A stretch of DNA of 64,000 nt, taken from NCBI GenBank assembly GCA_965209205.1, contig CBDBQC010000003.1:822882-886881 (forward strand), read 5' to 3'. Positions 37,480 to 52,600 of the stretch are shown one piece after another (the first letter of the stretch is position 1; the number at the start of each line of letters is the position of its first letter). The notes under the pieces were generated by a model. That model worked only from the letters and a program-made list of their open reading frames with translations, was not told where the DNA came from and did not search any database. The translations under genes were made by a program, and so were the position numbers. The DNA is from Dehalococcoidia bacterium (GTDB lineage Bacteria; Chloroflexota; Dehalococcoidia; Bin125).

Positions 37480-38247
37480 CTAGATCAGCGGCCAGGGGTA
37501 CGGTCGGCGCCCTTCGGGCGGCTGCGGGAAGACGCGCGACTCCAGGATCTGCTCGGCCCGGGCGCGCAGCGCGGCGCACTCGGCCGCGTCCAGGTACTCC
37601 GACAGCGACGCCCACAGGGCGGTCTCCGGGCGCAGCTGCGGCAGGAACGCCTCCACGTCGGCCAGCAGGGGCTCGGGCACCGGCTCGCCGGCGTAGTCCC
37701 AGATGACGGTGCGCAGCTTGTCCTCGACGTGGAACGAGAGCGCGTTGTCGATGCCCCAGATCGTGCCGTCCTCGCCCAGCAAGACGTGGCCGCCCTTGCG
37801 GTCGGCGTTGTTCGTCAGCCAGTCGAAGGTCGCCATGCGGCGCATCGCGTCGGCGTGCGCGTCGCGCAGTTCGAAGTAGGTGCGGGTGTAGTCGCTGGGG
37901 ATGAAGGCCTGCAGCGAGCCCGGGCCGTGCGGCAGGCCGTCGTCGCGGACGATCGTGGGCGGCACCAGCCGCCAGCCGATCGCCTCGCAGACGACGTAGC
38001 TGGCGACCTCGCGGCGGTAGATGTCGGGCGGGAAGTCCCACAGCGGCGCCTCGCCGCGGGCGGGCTTGTAGACCGCCGCGCCGGGGCCCGGATCGCCGTC
38101 CGCGTCGCCGGGGGCGGCCAGGCTCAGCACGAAGACGTAGTTCGACGCGGAGGGGATCAGCCCGGAGTCCGTCACGACGCCCTCGCGCAGCAGCCGCGCG
38201 ATGTCGGGGCGGTCCGGGTCCCACGCGCGGTCGGGAAAGCGATCCAT
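37480..38247 (-). CDS. SCO1664-family kinase-like protein
   Basis: SNYVF, VYKPARGEAPLWDFP, RREVA, LVPPTI.R and NNADRKGGHVL...GIDN motifs. Confidence 0.88.
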   Translation of the reverse strand: MDRFPDRAWDPDRPDIARLLREGVVTDSGLIPSASNYVFVLSLAAPGDADGDPGPGAAVYKPARGEAPLWDFPPDIYRREVASYVVCEAIGWRLVPPTIVRDDGLPHGPGSLQAFIPSDYTRTYFELRDAHADAMRRMATFDWLTNNADRKGGHVLLGEDGTIWGIDNALSFHVEDKLRTVIWDYAGEPVPEPLLADVEAFLPQLRPETALWASLSEYLDAAECAALRARAEQILESRVFPQPPEGRRPYPWPLI

Positions 38248-38276
38248 GGCTCGCCCCGCTCTTCGCCCGGCGCCCG

Positions 38277-40949
38277 CTATTCCACGTCGGCGGACGCCGC
38301 GAAGGCGCGGCAGGCCTGCGCGCGCTGCGCCTCGTCGAGCGCCTCGCGCAGGTTGCGGCGCAGCAGCACCTCGTCCTCGTTGAGCGCATCGAGCACCGCC
38401 CGTGTGCGGCTGATCGTGTCCTCTGTCGGGATGTGCGACGGGTACAGCTGGTGGAAGTAGCTGGTCGCGAAGTCCTTGTCGCGGCCCTCGAAGATGGCCC
38501 GGATCTCCGCGAAGAAGCGTGTCACGTACTGGCGCTGCAGCTCTTCCTCCTCCAGCCACCAGGTCCGATTCGACCAGAAGCCCCCCATCGCCGAGCGCAC
38601 GATGTGCAGCGACGACTCACGGTCCTCGCGGAAGCGGGTCCAGGCCGCGGCCTTCACGCCCCGCTCCGGCCGCCTCACCGCCGCCGTCTCCAGCGACCGC
38701 TGTCCACGGTCACTGCCGTCCCGCTCGCGCTCGCTGGCGAGGCGGGCGTCGGCGTCGGGCAGGCCGTACGCGACCGCCCGGATCGCGAGCGACCAGCGCA
38801 TGTCCTGGTCCAGCTCGAAGCCCTCGACCCCGCTGCCCTCATCGACGAGCCGCCAGGCCGTCGCCACCGAGTCGGGCTCGGCCGCCGCCGCCACCAGGTT
38901 GCGCGCCCAGGTGATGCGCAGGTCCTGACTCGCGGCCCGCGGCAACTGCTCCCGCGCCAGCTCGAACAGCGCGCGCGCCTCCTCCAGCCGGCGCGACTCG
39001 GGCACGTAGCTGCCGACGGCGTGCTGCGCGTGCGCCAGCGTCGTCGCGACCAGCTCCAGCGCCGGCTCGTGCGGCAGCTTGGCGCGCACCATCGCCAGCC
39101 ACTCCGTCGAGCGGAACTGCCGGTCGCGCACCATCTCCCACAGCGACTGCCAGAGCTGCAGCCGCAGCAGGGGATCCTCGAAGCGCTCCAGCCGCTCCCG
39201 CACGAAGTCGAGCGATTGCGGGTCGAGCGCGATCTTGGCGTAGCCGTGGTCGTCGTGATTAGGGAACACGGCCGACGGCGCCGCCGCCCCCGCCAGCGCC
39301 TCGATGACCGTGCGCTCGCCGGCGACATCGGCCGGGACGGCCGTGCGCAGCGACGGCGCGCCGTCCACGTCGACGTCGAACAGGGCGATCTCGACCCGGT
39401 GCGGGCGCAGCGTCGGATGGTCCGACGGCGCGGCCTGGGCCACGGCGACCGCCGACAGACGCCCGTCCGGCGCATCCCACTCGGCGGTCAGGGTGTTCAG
39501 CCCGGCTTGCTCCAGCCACAACCGCGACCACTCCTCCAGCTCGCGTCCCGCCCCGTGTGAGAGCGCGGCCAGGAACTGGGCCAGGGTCGTGTTGCCCCAA
39601 GCGTGCGTGCGGAAGTAGTGGCGCATGCCGTCGCGGAAGCCCCCGCGCCCGATCGCGGCGACGAGCTGCTTTAGCACCGACGCGCCCTTGCCGTAGGTGA
39701 TGCCGTCGAAGTTGAGGAAGGTCGCGTCGGTGTCGGGCACCTCGCCCGAGATCGGGTGCGTCGTGACGAGCTGGTCCTGCTCGTAGGCCCAGGCCTTCAT
39801 GCGCGCGTGGAAGGCGGGCCAAGCGCCGCCGCGGAAGCGCGTCGCCTCCTGCATCGCCAGGTACGACATGTACGTCGCGAAGCTCTCGTTGAGCCAGAGG
39901 TCGTTCCACCAGCGCATCGTGACGAGGTCGCCGAACCACATGTGCGCCATCTCGTGCAGCACGACCTCGGCTCGGTTGAGGCGCTGCAGGTCGGTGGGCG
40001 GGTCGCGGAAGATCATGCGCTCGCTGAACGTGATCGCGCCCACGTTCTCCATCGCCCCGAAGTTGAACTCGGGCACGAAGAGCTGGTCGTACTTCTCGAA
40101 CGGGTAGGGCCAGTCGAAGAAGTCGGCGAAGAAGGTCAGGCCCTGCTTCGTGACCTCGAAGAACTCCTCGGGGTCCATGTGCGTCGCCAGCGACTTGCGG
40201 CAGTAGATGCCCAGCGGCGTCTCCGCCCGGCCGTCGCCGACGTGGGTGTCGGTGAAGACGTGGTACGGGCCCGCGATCAGCGCCAGCAGGTAGGGGCTGA
40301 AGATCTGCGTCTGGGCGAACTCGTGCAGCGTGCGCGCGGGCTCCCCGTCGGCGGCGGGCGCGGGCGCGGCGCGCGTCTCGGGCGCGTTCGACACCACGAC
40401 CCACTCGCTGGGCGCCGCCACCCGCAGCCGGTAGCGCGCCTTGATGTCGGGCTGGTCGAAGCAGGGCAGCATGCGATGCGCTTCGTAGGGCTCGAACTGG
40501 GTGTAGAGGTACTCCGCCCCGTCCTCCGGGTCGCGGAACTGATGCAGCCCCACGCCGCTGTGGTCGTACGCGTTGCGATACACCACCCGAACGATGTTGG
40601 CCTCGCGCAGCAGCGCCCCGGGCAACTGCAGCCGGTTGCGCGACCAACGCACCCCGTCCGCGTCCAGCGCGTCGGCGTCGTTGACGTCCAGCCGCACGAT
40701 CTCCTCGCCCGTGCAGTCGAGGAAGACCCCGGCCGCCGGGTCGCGGTGCTCGAAGCGGATCGTGACGTCGCCCTCGTAGTCCGGCCGGCCGGCGTGCAGC
40801 GAGAGCGCGAGGTCGTACTCGACCCCGTGGATCACGGCCGCGCGATCGGCGGCCTCGACCTGCGTGAGAACGTTCGGACCGGAAGCGTCGTCGTGAGTGA
40901 TCATCGCGCCCTCGATGCGGTATGCGTCTGTCTCTGCGTTGGCGAGCAT
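38277..40949 (-). CDS. pepN: Aminopeptidase N (M1 family)
   Basis: YTQFEPYEAH, PEFNFGAMEN, HEMAHMWFGDLVTMRWWNDLWLNESFA and FDGITYGKG motifs. Confidence 0.95.
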   Translation of the reverse strand: MLANAETDAYRIEGAMITHDDASGPNVLTQVEAADRAAVIHGVEYDLALSLHAGRPDYEGDVTIRFEHRDPAAGVFLDCTGEEIVRLDVNDADALDADGVRWSRNRLQLPGALLREANIVRVVYRNAYDHSGVGLHQFRDPEDGAEYLYTQFEPYEAHRMLPCFDQPDIKARYRLRVAAPSEWVVVSNAPETRAAPAPAADGEPARTLHEFAQTQIFSPYLLALIAGPYHVFTDTHVGDGRAETPLGIYCRKSLATHMDPEEFFEVTKQGLTFFADFFDWPYPFEKYDQLFVPEFNFGAMENVGAITFSERMIFRDPPTDLQRLNRAEVVLHEMAHMWFGDLVTMRWWNDLWLNESFATYMSYLAMQEATRFRGGAWPAFHARMKAWAYEQDQLVTTHPISGEVPDTDATFLNFDGITYGKGASVLKQLVAAIGRGGFRDGMRHYFRTHAWGNTTLAQFLAALSHGAGRELEEWSRLWLEQAGLNTLTAEWDAPDGRLSAVAVAQAAPSDHPTLRPHRVEIALFDVDVDGAPSLRTAVPADVAGERTVIEALAGAAAPSAVFPNHDDHGYAKIALDPQSLDFVRERLERFEDPLLRLQLWQSLWEMVRDRQFRSTEWLAMVRAKLPHEPALELVATTLAHAQHAVGSYVPESRRLEEARALFELAREQLPRAASQDLRITWARNLVAAAAEPDSVATAWRLVDEGSGVEGFELDQDMRWSLAIRAVAYGLPDADARLASERERDGSDRGQRSLETAAVRRPERGVKAAAWTRFREDRESSLHIVRSAMGGFWSNRTWWLEEEELQRQYVTRFFAEIRAIFEGRDKDFATSYFHQLYPSHIPTEDTISRTRAVLDALNEDEVLLRRNLREALDEAQRAQACRAFAASADVE

Positions 40950-41013
40950 CGAGTATATCGACGCCCCCGCCCCGTATCCCCCACCCGCGCCGCGGCCGTC
41001 AGAGACGCGGCCG

Positions 41014-42417
41014 TCAGAGCCGCGGCCAGCGATCCCAGGGCCGCGCCTCCTCGTAGGCCAGCGAGGTCCGCAGCACCAGGGCGTCCCCGAAGCGCGGCCC
41101 CACGATCTGCAGGCCGCAGGGCAGGCCCGCGTCGGTCAGGCCCGCGGGCACGCTGGCCGCCGGATGCCCGCTGAAGTTGAAGGGGTACGTCAGCGCGATG
41201 GGGACGAACTTCTCGCCGTAGAGCGTGCGCGGGACCGGACCCGAGGCGGCGAACGCCTCGGTGGGCAGGGTCGGGGTCAGCAGCAGGTCGTAGCCCGCGA
41301 ACAACTGCGCCGTCCAGGCCGTGATCGTCTGCCGCAGCTCCATGAAGCGCCCCATCCGCTCCGGGTCGAGGCTCAGCCCGTGGTCGAGGATCTGCACGAC
41401 GGTCTCGCCGTACTCGCTGTGGCGCGTCGTGTAGTCCTGCCAGTGCATCGCGACGTTGTTCCAGGCGCTCACGTCGTTCCAGAAGCGGCCCGTCTCCGGG
41501 ATCGCGTCGTGGTTCTCCTCCACCGCGTGCCCCAGCTCCCGGAAGACCGACACCGCTGCCTCGACCTCCCGCTCGACGTCGGTCTGCAGCCGCGTCACGC
41601 CCAGCGTGCGGTTGAAGGCGATGCGCAGCGGCGGCAGCGGCTCGGCCAACTGCTCCCCGTACGACCGTGACTCCGCCGGCAGCGTGTTGCGGTCGCGGTC
41701 GTCGGGGCCCGCCATGACGTCCATCAGCAGGGCGGCGTCGGCCACCGTGCGGGTCAGCGGCCCGTAGACGCTGGTGTCCATCCAGGCGTCGTGCCGACGC
41801 GGCGCGATGGGCACCCGCCCGAACGACGGCTTCAGCCCGTACAGCCCCGTGTAGCAGGCGGGAATCCGGATCGAGCCGCCCCCGTCCGACGCCGTGGCCA
41901 GGGCCAGCATCCCCGACGCGAGGGCGGCGGAGGAGCCGCCGCTCGAGCCGCCGGGCGTGCGCTCCAGGTTCCAGGGGTTGCGCGTCACGCCGAAGACTTC
42001 GTTGTCGGTGTAGGGGATCATCCCAAACTCGGGCGTGTTCGTCTTGCCGACGACGATCGCCCCCGCCGCCTTGAGCCGCTCGATGTGCACGTCGTCGAAC
42101 TCCGCCGGGGCGTCGTGCGCGTGCAGCGGCGAGCCCTGCGTCGTGATGAACCCCCTCGCGTTCTCGAGATCCTTGATTCCGGCGGGCACACCGCCCAGCG
42201 GTCCCAGGTCCTCCCCGGCGGCGAGCCGCGTCGTTTGCGCGGCCGCCTCCGCCCGCGCGGTCTCCGCGTCGAGCTGGACCAGCGCGTTGAGCCGCGGGTT
42301 GAGCGCCTCGATGCGGGCCAGCGTGTGGTCCATCAGCTCCAGCGGCGAGATGCGCTTCTCCCGCACGAGCGCCGCGAGTTGCCCGATCGAGGCGAAGTTG
42401 AGGTCATCGTCGGTCAT
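41014..42417 (-). CDS. Amidase-signature family enzyme
   Basis: GVPAGIKDL, GKTNTPEFG, TPGGSSGGS, SDGGGSIRIPA and GLKPS motifs. Confidence 0.94.
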   Translation of the reverse strand: MTDDDLNFASIGQLAALVREKRISPLELMDHTLARIEALNPRLNALVQLDAETARAEAAAQTTRLAAGEDLGPLGGVPAGIKDLENARGFITTQGSPLHAHDAPAEFDDVHIERLKAAGAIVVGKTNTPEFGMIPYTDNEVFGVTRNPWNLERTPGGSSGGSSAALASGMLALATASDGGGSIRIPACYTGLYGLKPSFGRVPIAPRRHDAWMDTSVYGPLTRTVADAALLMDVMAGPDDRDRNTLPAESRSYGEQLAEPLPPLRIAFNRTLGVTRLQTDVEREVEAAVSVFRELGHAVEENHDAIPETGRFWNDVSAWNNVAMHWQDYTTRHSEYGETVVQILDHGLSLDPERMGRFMELRQTITAWTAQLFAGYDLLLTPTLPTEAFAASGPVPRTLYGEKFVPIALTYPFNFSGHPAASVPAGLTDAGLPCGLQIVGPRFGDALVLRTSLAYEEARPWDRWPRL

Positions 42418-42582
42418 GGGTCCGCCTTCCGCAGCGTTGGGCGACGCGGGTGTCGCTCGGGCAGGCTGAGCCTAGCGCCGCCCCGCGCCTCGCGCCGTCG
42501 AGCGCCGAGGCGGGCCGCTGGTAGCCTGCTTGCCGACGGCGCCACCCAAGTTGCCACTGGGGGCGCTGCGGAGAGGAACGCG

Positions 42583-44610
42583 ATGGACACCGAACACGCC
42601 GTGCCCTTCGACTATGCGTCGGTCACGCCGGGCGACGTCCAGGCTGGCGTCGACTCGGCGATCGACCGCGCGGAGTCGCTCGTCGGCGAGATCGCCGCCG
42701 TGCCCGACGCCGCGCGGGGCGTGGAGAACACGCTGCACCCCCTGGACGAGATCAGCGACCTGCTGATGCAGGCCGGCGGCCGCTACGGCTTCCTCGCGCA
42801 GGTCTCGTCCGACGCCGCCCTGCGCGAGACCGCGCACGCGGCCGAGGAGAAGCTCGACACCTTCACGACTGGGCTGGGCTTTCGCGAGGAACTCGACGCC
42901 GCCCTGCGCGCGCTCGACGGCGTGTCACAGGATCGGGCGCTTGCGCCCGAAGCCGCCCGCTTCCTCGACTTCGGCCTGCGCGACTTCCGCCGCAACGGGA
43001 TGTCGCTCGACGCGGCGCGGCGCGGCCGCCTGCGCGACCTCAAGGAGCGTCTGGTGCAGCTGGGCATCGCCTTCCGCCGCAACATCGACGAGTACGAGGA
43101 CGCGATCGTCGTGTCGCGCGCCCAGCTCGACGGCCTGCCGGACGCCTACATCGACGGGCTCGCGACGGAGCAGTCAGACGGCGCGACCCGCTATCGCGTG
43201 TCGCTCGACTACCCCGACATGGTGCCCTTCCTGGAGAACGCCCACGACGGCGCGCTGCGCGAGGAGTTGTTCCGCAAGAACCACAACAAGGCCGCGCAGG
43301 TCAACCTGCCGATCCTGGAGGAGGCGATCGGCCTCCGCGCCGAGATCGCGTCGATCCTGGGCTACGGCTCGTGGGCGGATTACCAGACCGAGATCCGCAC
43401 GGCCCGCTCAGCGGAAATCGTGCTGGACTTCCTGACCGATCTCGAAGCGCGCGTGCGCCCCAAGGCGCAGGCCGACATGGATCGCCTGCGCGCGCTCGCC
43501 GGGGCCGACTTCTCGATCTGGGATTCGCGCTACCTGACGCAGCGCCTGCTGCGCGAGGAGTACCAGGTCGACGCGTTCGAGGTGGCCGAGTACTTCCCCC
43601 TCGACGCCGTCCTCGACGGCCTCTTCCGCGTCTACGAGGGGCTCACCGGCGTGCGCTTCCTCCCCCACCCCCACGCGGGCGCATGGCACCCCGACGTGCG
43701 CTTCTTCGACATCGAGGACCAGGACACCGATGCTGGGGCTGGGGGCGGCGTGGTGGGGCACTTCTACATGGACCTGCATCCCCGCCCCGGCAAGTTCGGG
43801 CACGCGGCGGCGTTCAGCTTGCAGGGCGGACGGGCGCAGCCGACCGGCACGGGCTACCAGGCGCCCGTGAGCGCCATCGTCGCGAATTTCACCAAGCCCA
43901 CGCCGACCACGCCGTCGCTGTTGCAGCACTCCGAGGTTGTGACGCTTTTCCACGAGTTCGGGCACATCCTGCACCAGACGCTGACGCGGGCGCGCTACCT
44001 GCGCTTCTCCGGCACGAGCGTCGAGCGGGACTTCGTCGAGGCGCCGTCGCAGATGCTGGAGCACTGGTGCTGGCGCCCCGAGGTGTTGCGCGGCTTCACC
44101 CGCCACCACCGCAGCGGCGACCCCATCCCCGACGACCTCGTGCGGCGCATGATCGCCGCCAAGAACGCCAGCAGCGGCATCGCCACGCTGCGCCAGATCT
44201 ACTTCTCGCGGCTCGACATGGCCTACCACGGCCCCGCCTTGTCCGGTGACGGGGCGCGCGGCGACGGGGCGCGCAGGGACACGGACGCCATCGCGCGGGA
44301 GTTGCACGCCATCACCGGCTTCCCGTTCCCCGAGGAGACGCACTTCCAGGCCGGCTTCGGGCACCTCTTCGGCTACGACGCCGGCTACTACGGCTACCTC
44401 TGGTCGAAGGTCTCGGGCGACGATATGTTCACCCGCTTCGAGGAGGCGGGGCTGCCCGCGCCGGACATCGGCCGGGCCTACCGGCGCGGCATTCTCGAGC
44501 CCGGCGGTACCCGCGACGGCGACGCGCTGGTGCGCGAGTTTCTGGGCCGGGAGCCGTCGCCGGCCGCGTTCCTGCGCGACCTCGGCCTCGATCCCGAGGC
44601 CGCCTCCTGA
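42583..44610 (+). CDS. M3-family metallopeptidase (thimet oligopeptidase-like)
   Basis: FYMDLHPRPGKFGHAA, LFHEFGH, DFVEAPSQMLE and YDAGYYGYLWS motifs. Confidence 0.93.
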   Translation: MDTEHAVPFDYASVTPGDVQAGVDSAIDRAESLVGEIAAVPDAARGVENTLHPLDEISDLLMQAGGRYGFLAQVSSDAALRETAHAAEEKLDTFTTGLGFREELDAALRALDGVSQDRALAPEAARFLDFGLRDFRRNGMSLDAARRGRLRDLKERLVQLGIAFRRNIDEYEDAIVVSRAQLDGLPDAYIDGLATEQSDGATRYRVSLDYPDMVPFLENAHDGALREELFRKNHNKAAQVNLPILEEAIGLRAEIASILGYGSWADYQTEIRTARSAEIVLDFLTDLEARVRPKAQADMDRLRALAGADFSIWDSRYLTQRLLREEYQVDAFEVAEYFPLDAVLDGLFRVYEGLTGVRFLPHPHAGAWHPDVRFFDIEDQDTDAGAGGGVVGHFYMDLHPRPGKFGHAAAFSLQGGRAQPTGTGYQAPVSAIVANFTKPTPTTPSLLQHSEVVTLFHEFGHILHQTLTRARYLRFSGTSVERDFVEAPSQMLEHWCWRPEVLRGFTRHHRSGDPIPDDLVRRMIAAKNASSGIATLRQIYFSRLDMAYHGPALSGDGARGDGARRDTDAIARELHAITGFPFPEETHFQAGFGHLFGYDAGYYGYLWSKVSGDDMFTRFEEAGLPAPDIGRAYRRGILEPGGTRDGDALVREFLGREPSPAAFLRDLGLDPEAAS

Positions 44611-44786
44611 GGATGGCGTCTGAGCCCGGCGCGATTGCGCCGCGCCCGCACTTGCAGCACACTCCGATCGGCCGGGCGACGGCGGTGTTGGGGGAATTCA
44701 CCGGCCGTTTGGCTCCCAGCGGGGCAGGTCGCGCGCGGGTTCGGGCGGCGCTGACCGGCGGGTCTCAGAGCAACAGGGGGTACAGC

Positions 44787-46004
44787 GTGGAGCAGGTCCA
44801 CAGCATCGCGGAGGCCCAGGAGCGCTTCGGCGCGATCCTGGCGGAGCAGGCCGATCGGGTCGCGAAGATCCGGCACTCGCCGGCCCCAACCGACTTCGGC
44901 GCGCTGCAGCCGATCAAGATCGGCATCATCGGCGGCGACGGCATCGGCCCGGCGATCGCCGCCGAGGCGCAGCGCCTGCTCGAAGAACTCCTCGCCGGGC
45001 AGGTGGCCGCCGGCAAGGTGCAGTTCGGCGCCATCGACGGCCTCACGATCGAGAACCGCGCCGCCCAGCGCAAGGCCATCCCCGACGACGTGCTGGCCGA
45101 GATCCGCGACTACCACGTCACGCTCAAGGGGCCCACCACCACGCCCGAGCAGGGCGACGAGTGGCCCAACATCGAGAGCGCCAACGTCGCCATGCGCAAG
45201 GAGTTGGACCTCTTCGCCAACGTCCGCCCGGTGCGCGTGCCGCGCCTCGGCATCGACTGGATGTTCTTCCGCGAGAATACGGAGGACATGTACGCGCTCG
45301 GCAGCCAGGGACTCTCCCTGGGCGACCTCAACATGGACTTCCGCCTGATTTCCGACCCCGGCGCCGAGCGCATCATCCGCCTGGCCTTCGAGTTCGCGCG
45401 GGACAACGCCAAGGAGTGGGTGACGGTCGTGACCAAGGCCAACGTCGTCAAGACGACCGACGGCGCCTTCCTCGACGCCGCGCGCCTCGTCGCGCGCGAC
45501 TTCCCGGACATCCGCTGGGAGGGCTGGTACATCGACATCATGACCGCGAAGCTCGTCGACCCCAAGCGGCGCTCGAACTTCCAGGTCATGGTGTTGCCCA
45601 ACCTCTACGGCGACATCCTCACCGACGAGGCGGCCGAGTTCCAGGGCGGCGTCGGCACCGCCGGCAGCGCCAACATCGGCACCGAGTACGCGATGTTCGA
45701 GGCCATCCACGGCTCCGCGCCGCGCATGGTCCGCGAGGGGCGCGCCCAGTACGCCGACCCCTCGTCGATGATCCGCGCCTCCGCGATGCTGCTCACGCAC
45801 ATCGGCTTCCCCGACCTGGGGCGCAAGCTCGACATGGCGATGGACCTCTGCGGCCAGTACGAGCAGCGGATTACGATGACCGGCCGCTCCACCGGCGCGA
45901 CCTCGCGCGAGTTCGGCGATTACGTCCTGGAGACCGTCCGCTCCGCCGATCTCGATGCGCGCTGGCAGGCCGCCGTCGAGCGGGAGTTGGCGCTGGCGCG
46001 CTAA
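44787..46004 (+). CDS. Isocitrate/isopropylmalate dehydrogenase family protein (probable isocitrate dehydrogenase)
   Basis: GDGIGP, LKGPTTTP, NVAMRKELDLFANVRP, RENTED.Y, PNLYGDILTD and FEAIHGSAP motifs; start position uncertain. Confidence 0.85.
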   Translation: MEQVHSIAEAQERFGAILAEQADRVAKIRHSPAPTDFGALQPIKIGIIGGDGIGPAIAAEAQRLLEELLAGQVAAGKVQFGAIDGLTIENRAAQRKAIPDDVLAEIRDYHVTLKGPTTTPEQGDEWPNIESANVAMRKELDLFANVRPVRVPRLGIDWMFFRENTEDMYALGSQGLSLGDLNMDFRLISDPGAERIIRLAFEFARDNAKEWVTVVTKANVVKTTDGAFLDAARLVARDFPDIRWEGWYIDIMTAKLVDPKRRSNFQVMVLPNLYGDILTDEAAEFQGGVGTAGSANIGTEYAMFEAIHGSAPRMVREGRAQYADPSSMIRASAMLLTHIGFPDLGRKLDMAMDLCGQYEQRITMTGRSTGATSREFGDYVLETVRSADLDARWQAAVERELALAR

Positions 46005-46047
46005 CCGCCGCCGCCGGCGCCGGTTCGCCCGGCCCCGTCGCGAGTCC

Positions 46048-47259
<1,212 letters not shown>

Positions 47260-47261
47260 GG

Positions 47262-49494
<2,233 letters not shown>

Positions 49495-49687
49495 TGCGCT
49501 CGCGCCTCACTGCCGCAATCGGGCTCGCGGTGTCGTCCGCGATGCTATCCCGCGCTTCCACTACCGGGACTACCCGGGTGGGGAGGGGCGCGGCGCGCTC
49601 CGTACACTGGCTGCCACAGGACACTGGGCGCAATCGGCGGAGTGCCTCGATCGGCCCGCCGCGCCCCGGTTGCGGAGAGGGAGTCTC

Positions 49688-52600
49688 GTGTCGGCCCCAG
49701 CGCCCTCCCCGTTCGGCATGGGCCTGCTCGACACGGCGCGCCGGCGCCCCGTCATCTTCGACAGCGCCACCGGCACCGGCCTGCAGGGCTTCCGCCTGAC
49801 CCCCGACGACTTCGGCGGCCTGGACGGCTGCAACGAGTACCTCAACGTCTGCAACCCCGACATCGTGCGGCGGCTGCACCGGCTCAATCTCGAGGCGGGG
49901 ATCGACGCCGTGCTGACCAACAGCTTCGGCGCGACATCGGTCACCCTGGCCGAGTACGACCTGGCCGATCGCGCCCACGAGATCAACGCCGCCGCCGCGC
50001 GCCTCGCCCGCGAGTCGGCCGACGCCTTCAGCGCCGCCGACGGCCGCCCGCGCTGGGTGGCGGGGTCGATGGGGCCGGGCACCAAGCTGCCCACGCTGGG
50101 CCAGATCGACTTCGACACGCTCTCGGCCGCGTACCGGGAGCAGGCGCGCGGCCTGCTCGATGGGGGCGTGGACGTGCTGCTGGTGGAGACCGTCTACGAC
50201 CTGCTGCAGGGCAAGGCCGCGATCATCGGCGCGCAGGACGCCTTCGCCGAGGCCGGCCGCGAGGCGCCGATCCTGGTTTCCGTCACGATCGAGACGACGG
50301 GCCAGATGCTGGTCGGCTCCGAGATCGGGGCGGCCGTGACGGCGCTCGCGCCGCTGGGCATCGACGCGCTGGGCATCAACTGCGCCACCGGCCCCGAGCT
50401 CATGCACGAGCACCTGCGCTATCTGTCGCAGTACTCGCCGCTGCCGATCCTCTGCCAGCCCAACGCGGGGCTGCCCCGCGTGGAGAACGACCAGGCGGTC
50501 TACGACCTCAGCCCCGCGGCGCTGCGCGACGCCCACCGCAGCTTCGTCGGCGAGTACGGCGTGGCGCTGGTCGGCGGCTGCTGCGGCACGACGCCGGCCC
50601 ACATGGCCGCCGTCGTGGAGGGCCTGCGCGACGCCGTCCCCGCCCCCCGCGCGCCCCGGCCGGAGCCCGGCGTCGCCTCGCTGTTCACCGCCGTCCCCTA
50701 CGACCAGGACGCCAGCGTGCTGATCGTCGGGGAGCGCGCCAACGCCAACGGTTCGCGGCGCTTCAAGCGGCTGCTCGAGGCGGAGAACTTCGACGAGATG
50801 GCCAACGTCGTGCGCGACCAGGCCGCCGAGGGCGCGCACATCGTGGATGTCTGCGTGGACTACGTCGGCCGCGACGGCGTGCCCGACATGGCGCGCCTGA
50901 TCGGCGACGCCCGCGGCCGCACCACGCTGCCGATCATGCTCGACTCGACCGAGGCGCCAGTGCTCGAGGCGGGCCTCAAGCTGCTGGGCGGCAAGCCGAT
51001 CGTCAACTCGATCAACCTGGAGGACGGCGGCGCCCGCCTCGACCGCACGCTGCGCGCCGCCCGGCGCTACGGCGCCGCCGTCGTGGCGCTCGTCATCGAC
51101 GAGCAGGGGCAGGCCCGAACGGCCGACCGCAAGCTGGCGATCGCGCATCGCATCTACGACCTCGCGACGCGGGAGTACGGGCTGCCGCCCGAGGATCTCT
51201 TCTTCGACGCGCTCACGCTGCCGCTGGGCTCGGGCCAGGAGGAGTTGCGCAACGACGGACGCGAGACCCTCGACGCCGTGCGCCGCATCAAGGCGGAGCT
51301 GCCGGGCGTGCACACGATCCTGGGCGTCAGCAACGTCTCCTTCGGCCTCAACCCGGCCGCGCGGCAGGTGCTGAACAGCGTCTTCCTGCATCGCGCCGTG
51401 AAGGCGGGCCTCGACGCCGCCATCGTCAACGCGCGCCAGATCCTGCCCGAGCACCAGATCGACCCCGCCCAGTTGGCCGCCGCGGGCCGGCTGATCGACA
51501 ACGAATGGATCGACGGCCCGGACGGCGACCCGGTCGATCCGCTGCACGCCTTCCTGCCGCTCTTCAGCGACGCCTCCGTCCAGCGCGACGCCGTCGATCT
51601 GACGGAGGTCTCGCTCGATGAGCGGCTGCACCGCCGCATCCTGGACGGCCTGCGCGACGGCCTCACGGACGACCTCGACGAGGCGCTGGCCGAGCGCCCG
51701 GCGCTGCCCGTCATCAACGACACGCTGCTGCCCGCCATGCAGGTCGTGGGCGACCTGTTCGGGGCGGGCAAGATGCAACTCCCCTTCGTGCTGCAATCGG
51801 CCGAGACGATGAAGGCCGCCGTCGCCTACCTGGAGCCGCACATGGAGAAGAGCGCGGCGACGGGCAAGGGCAAGATCGTCCTCGCCACCGTGCGCGGCGA
51901 CGTACACGACATCGGCAAGAACCTGGTCGAGATCATCCTCGGCAACAACGGCTTCCAGACCGTCAACCTGGGCATCAAGCAGCCCATCGCCAGCATCATC
52001 GACGCCGCCGACGCCGAGGGCGCCGACGCCATCGGCCTCTCCGGCTTGCTCGTCAAGTCCACCGTCGTGATGAAGGAGGACCTGCAGGAGCTGAACCGGC
52101 GCGGGCTGGCGGCGCGCTACCCGGTCCTGCTGGGCGGCGCGGCGCTCACCCGCCGCTACGTCGAGCAGGACCTGCGCGACGTCTACGACGGCGCCGTCTA
52201 CTACGGCCAGGACGCCTTCGAGGGCCTGGAGATCATGAACGCGATCAGCCGCGGCGAGACTCCCGCGGGGCAGGATCGGACGGCCCCAGCGCCCGCGCCG
52301 CCGCCGCCGGCCCCCGCCGCCGCACTCCCCGCCCGCTCGGCCGTCGCCGCCGACCTGCCGCCGGTTGTGCCGCCCTTCTGGGGCCGACGCCTGCACAAGG
52401 GTCTCTCGGTGTCCGAGGTCGCGGCCTACATCAACGAGGTTGCGCTGTTCCGCGGTCAGTGGGGCTTCCGCAAGGGCGAGCAGAGCGACGCGGAGTTTGA
52501 GGCGTCGCTGGAGCGCGACGCCCGTCCCGCGCTGCGACGCCTGATCCAGGAGGCTACCGCGCGCGGACTGCTGGAGCCCGCCGTCGTCTACGGCTACTTC

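Noticed and set aside
49495-49687. Possible SAM/SAH riboswitch between metF and metH
   Set aside because: I recognised no SAM-I/IV or SAH core; the region is explained by divergent -10-like hexamers (TACACT on plus, TAGCAT on minus).
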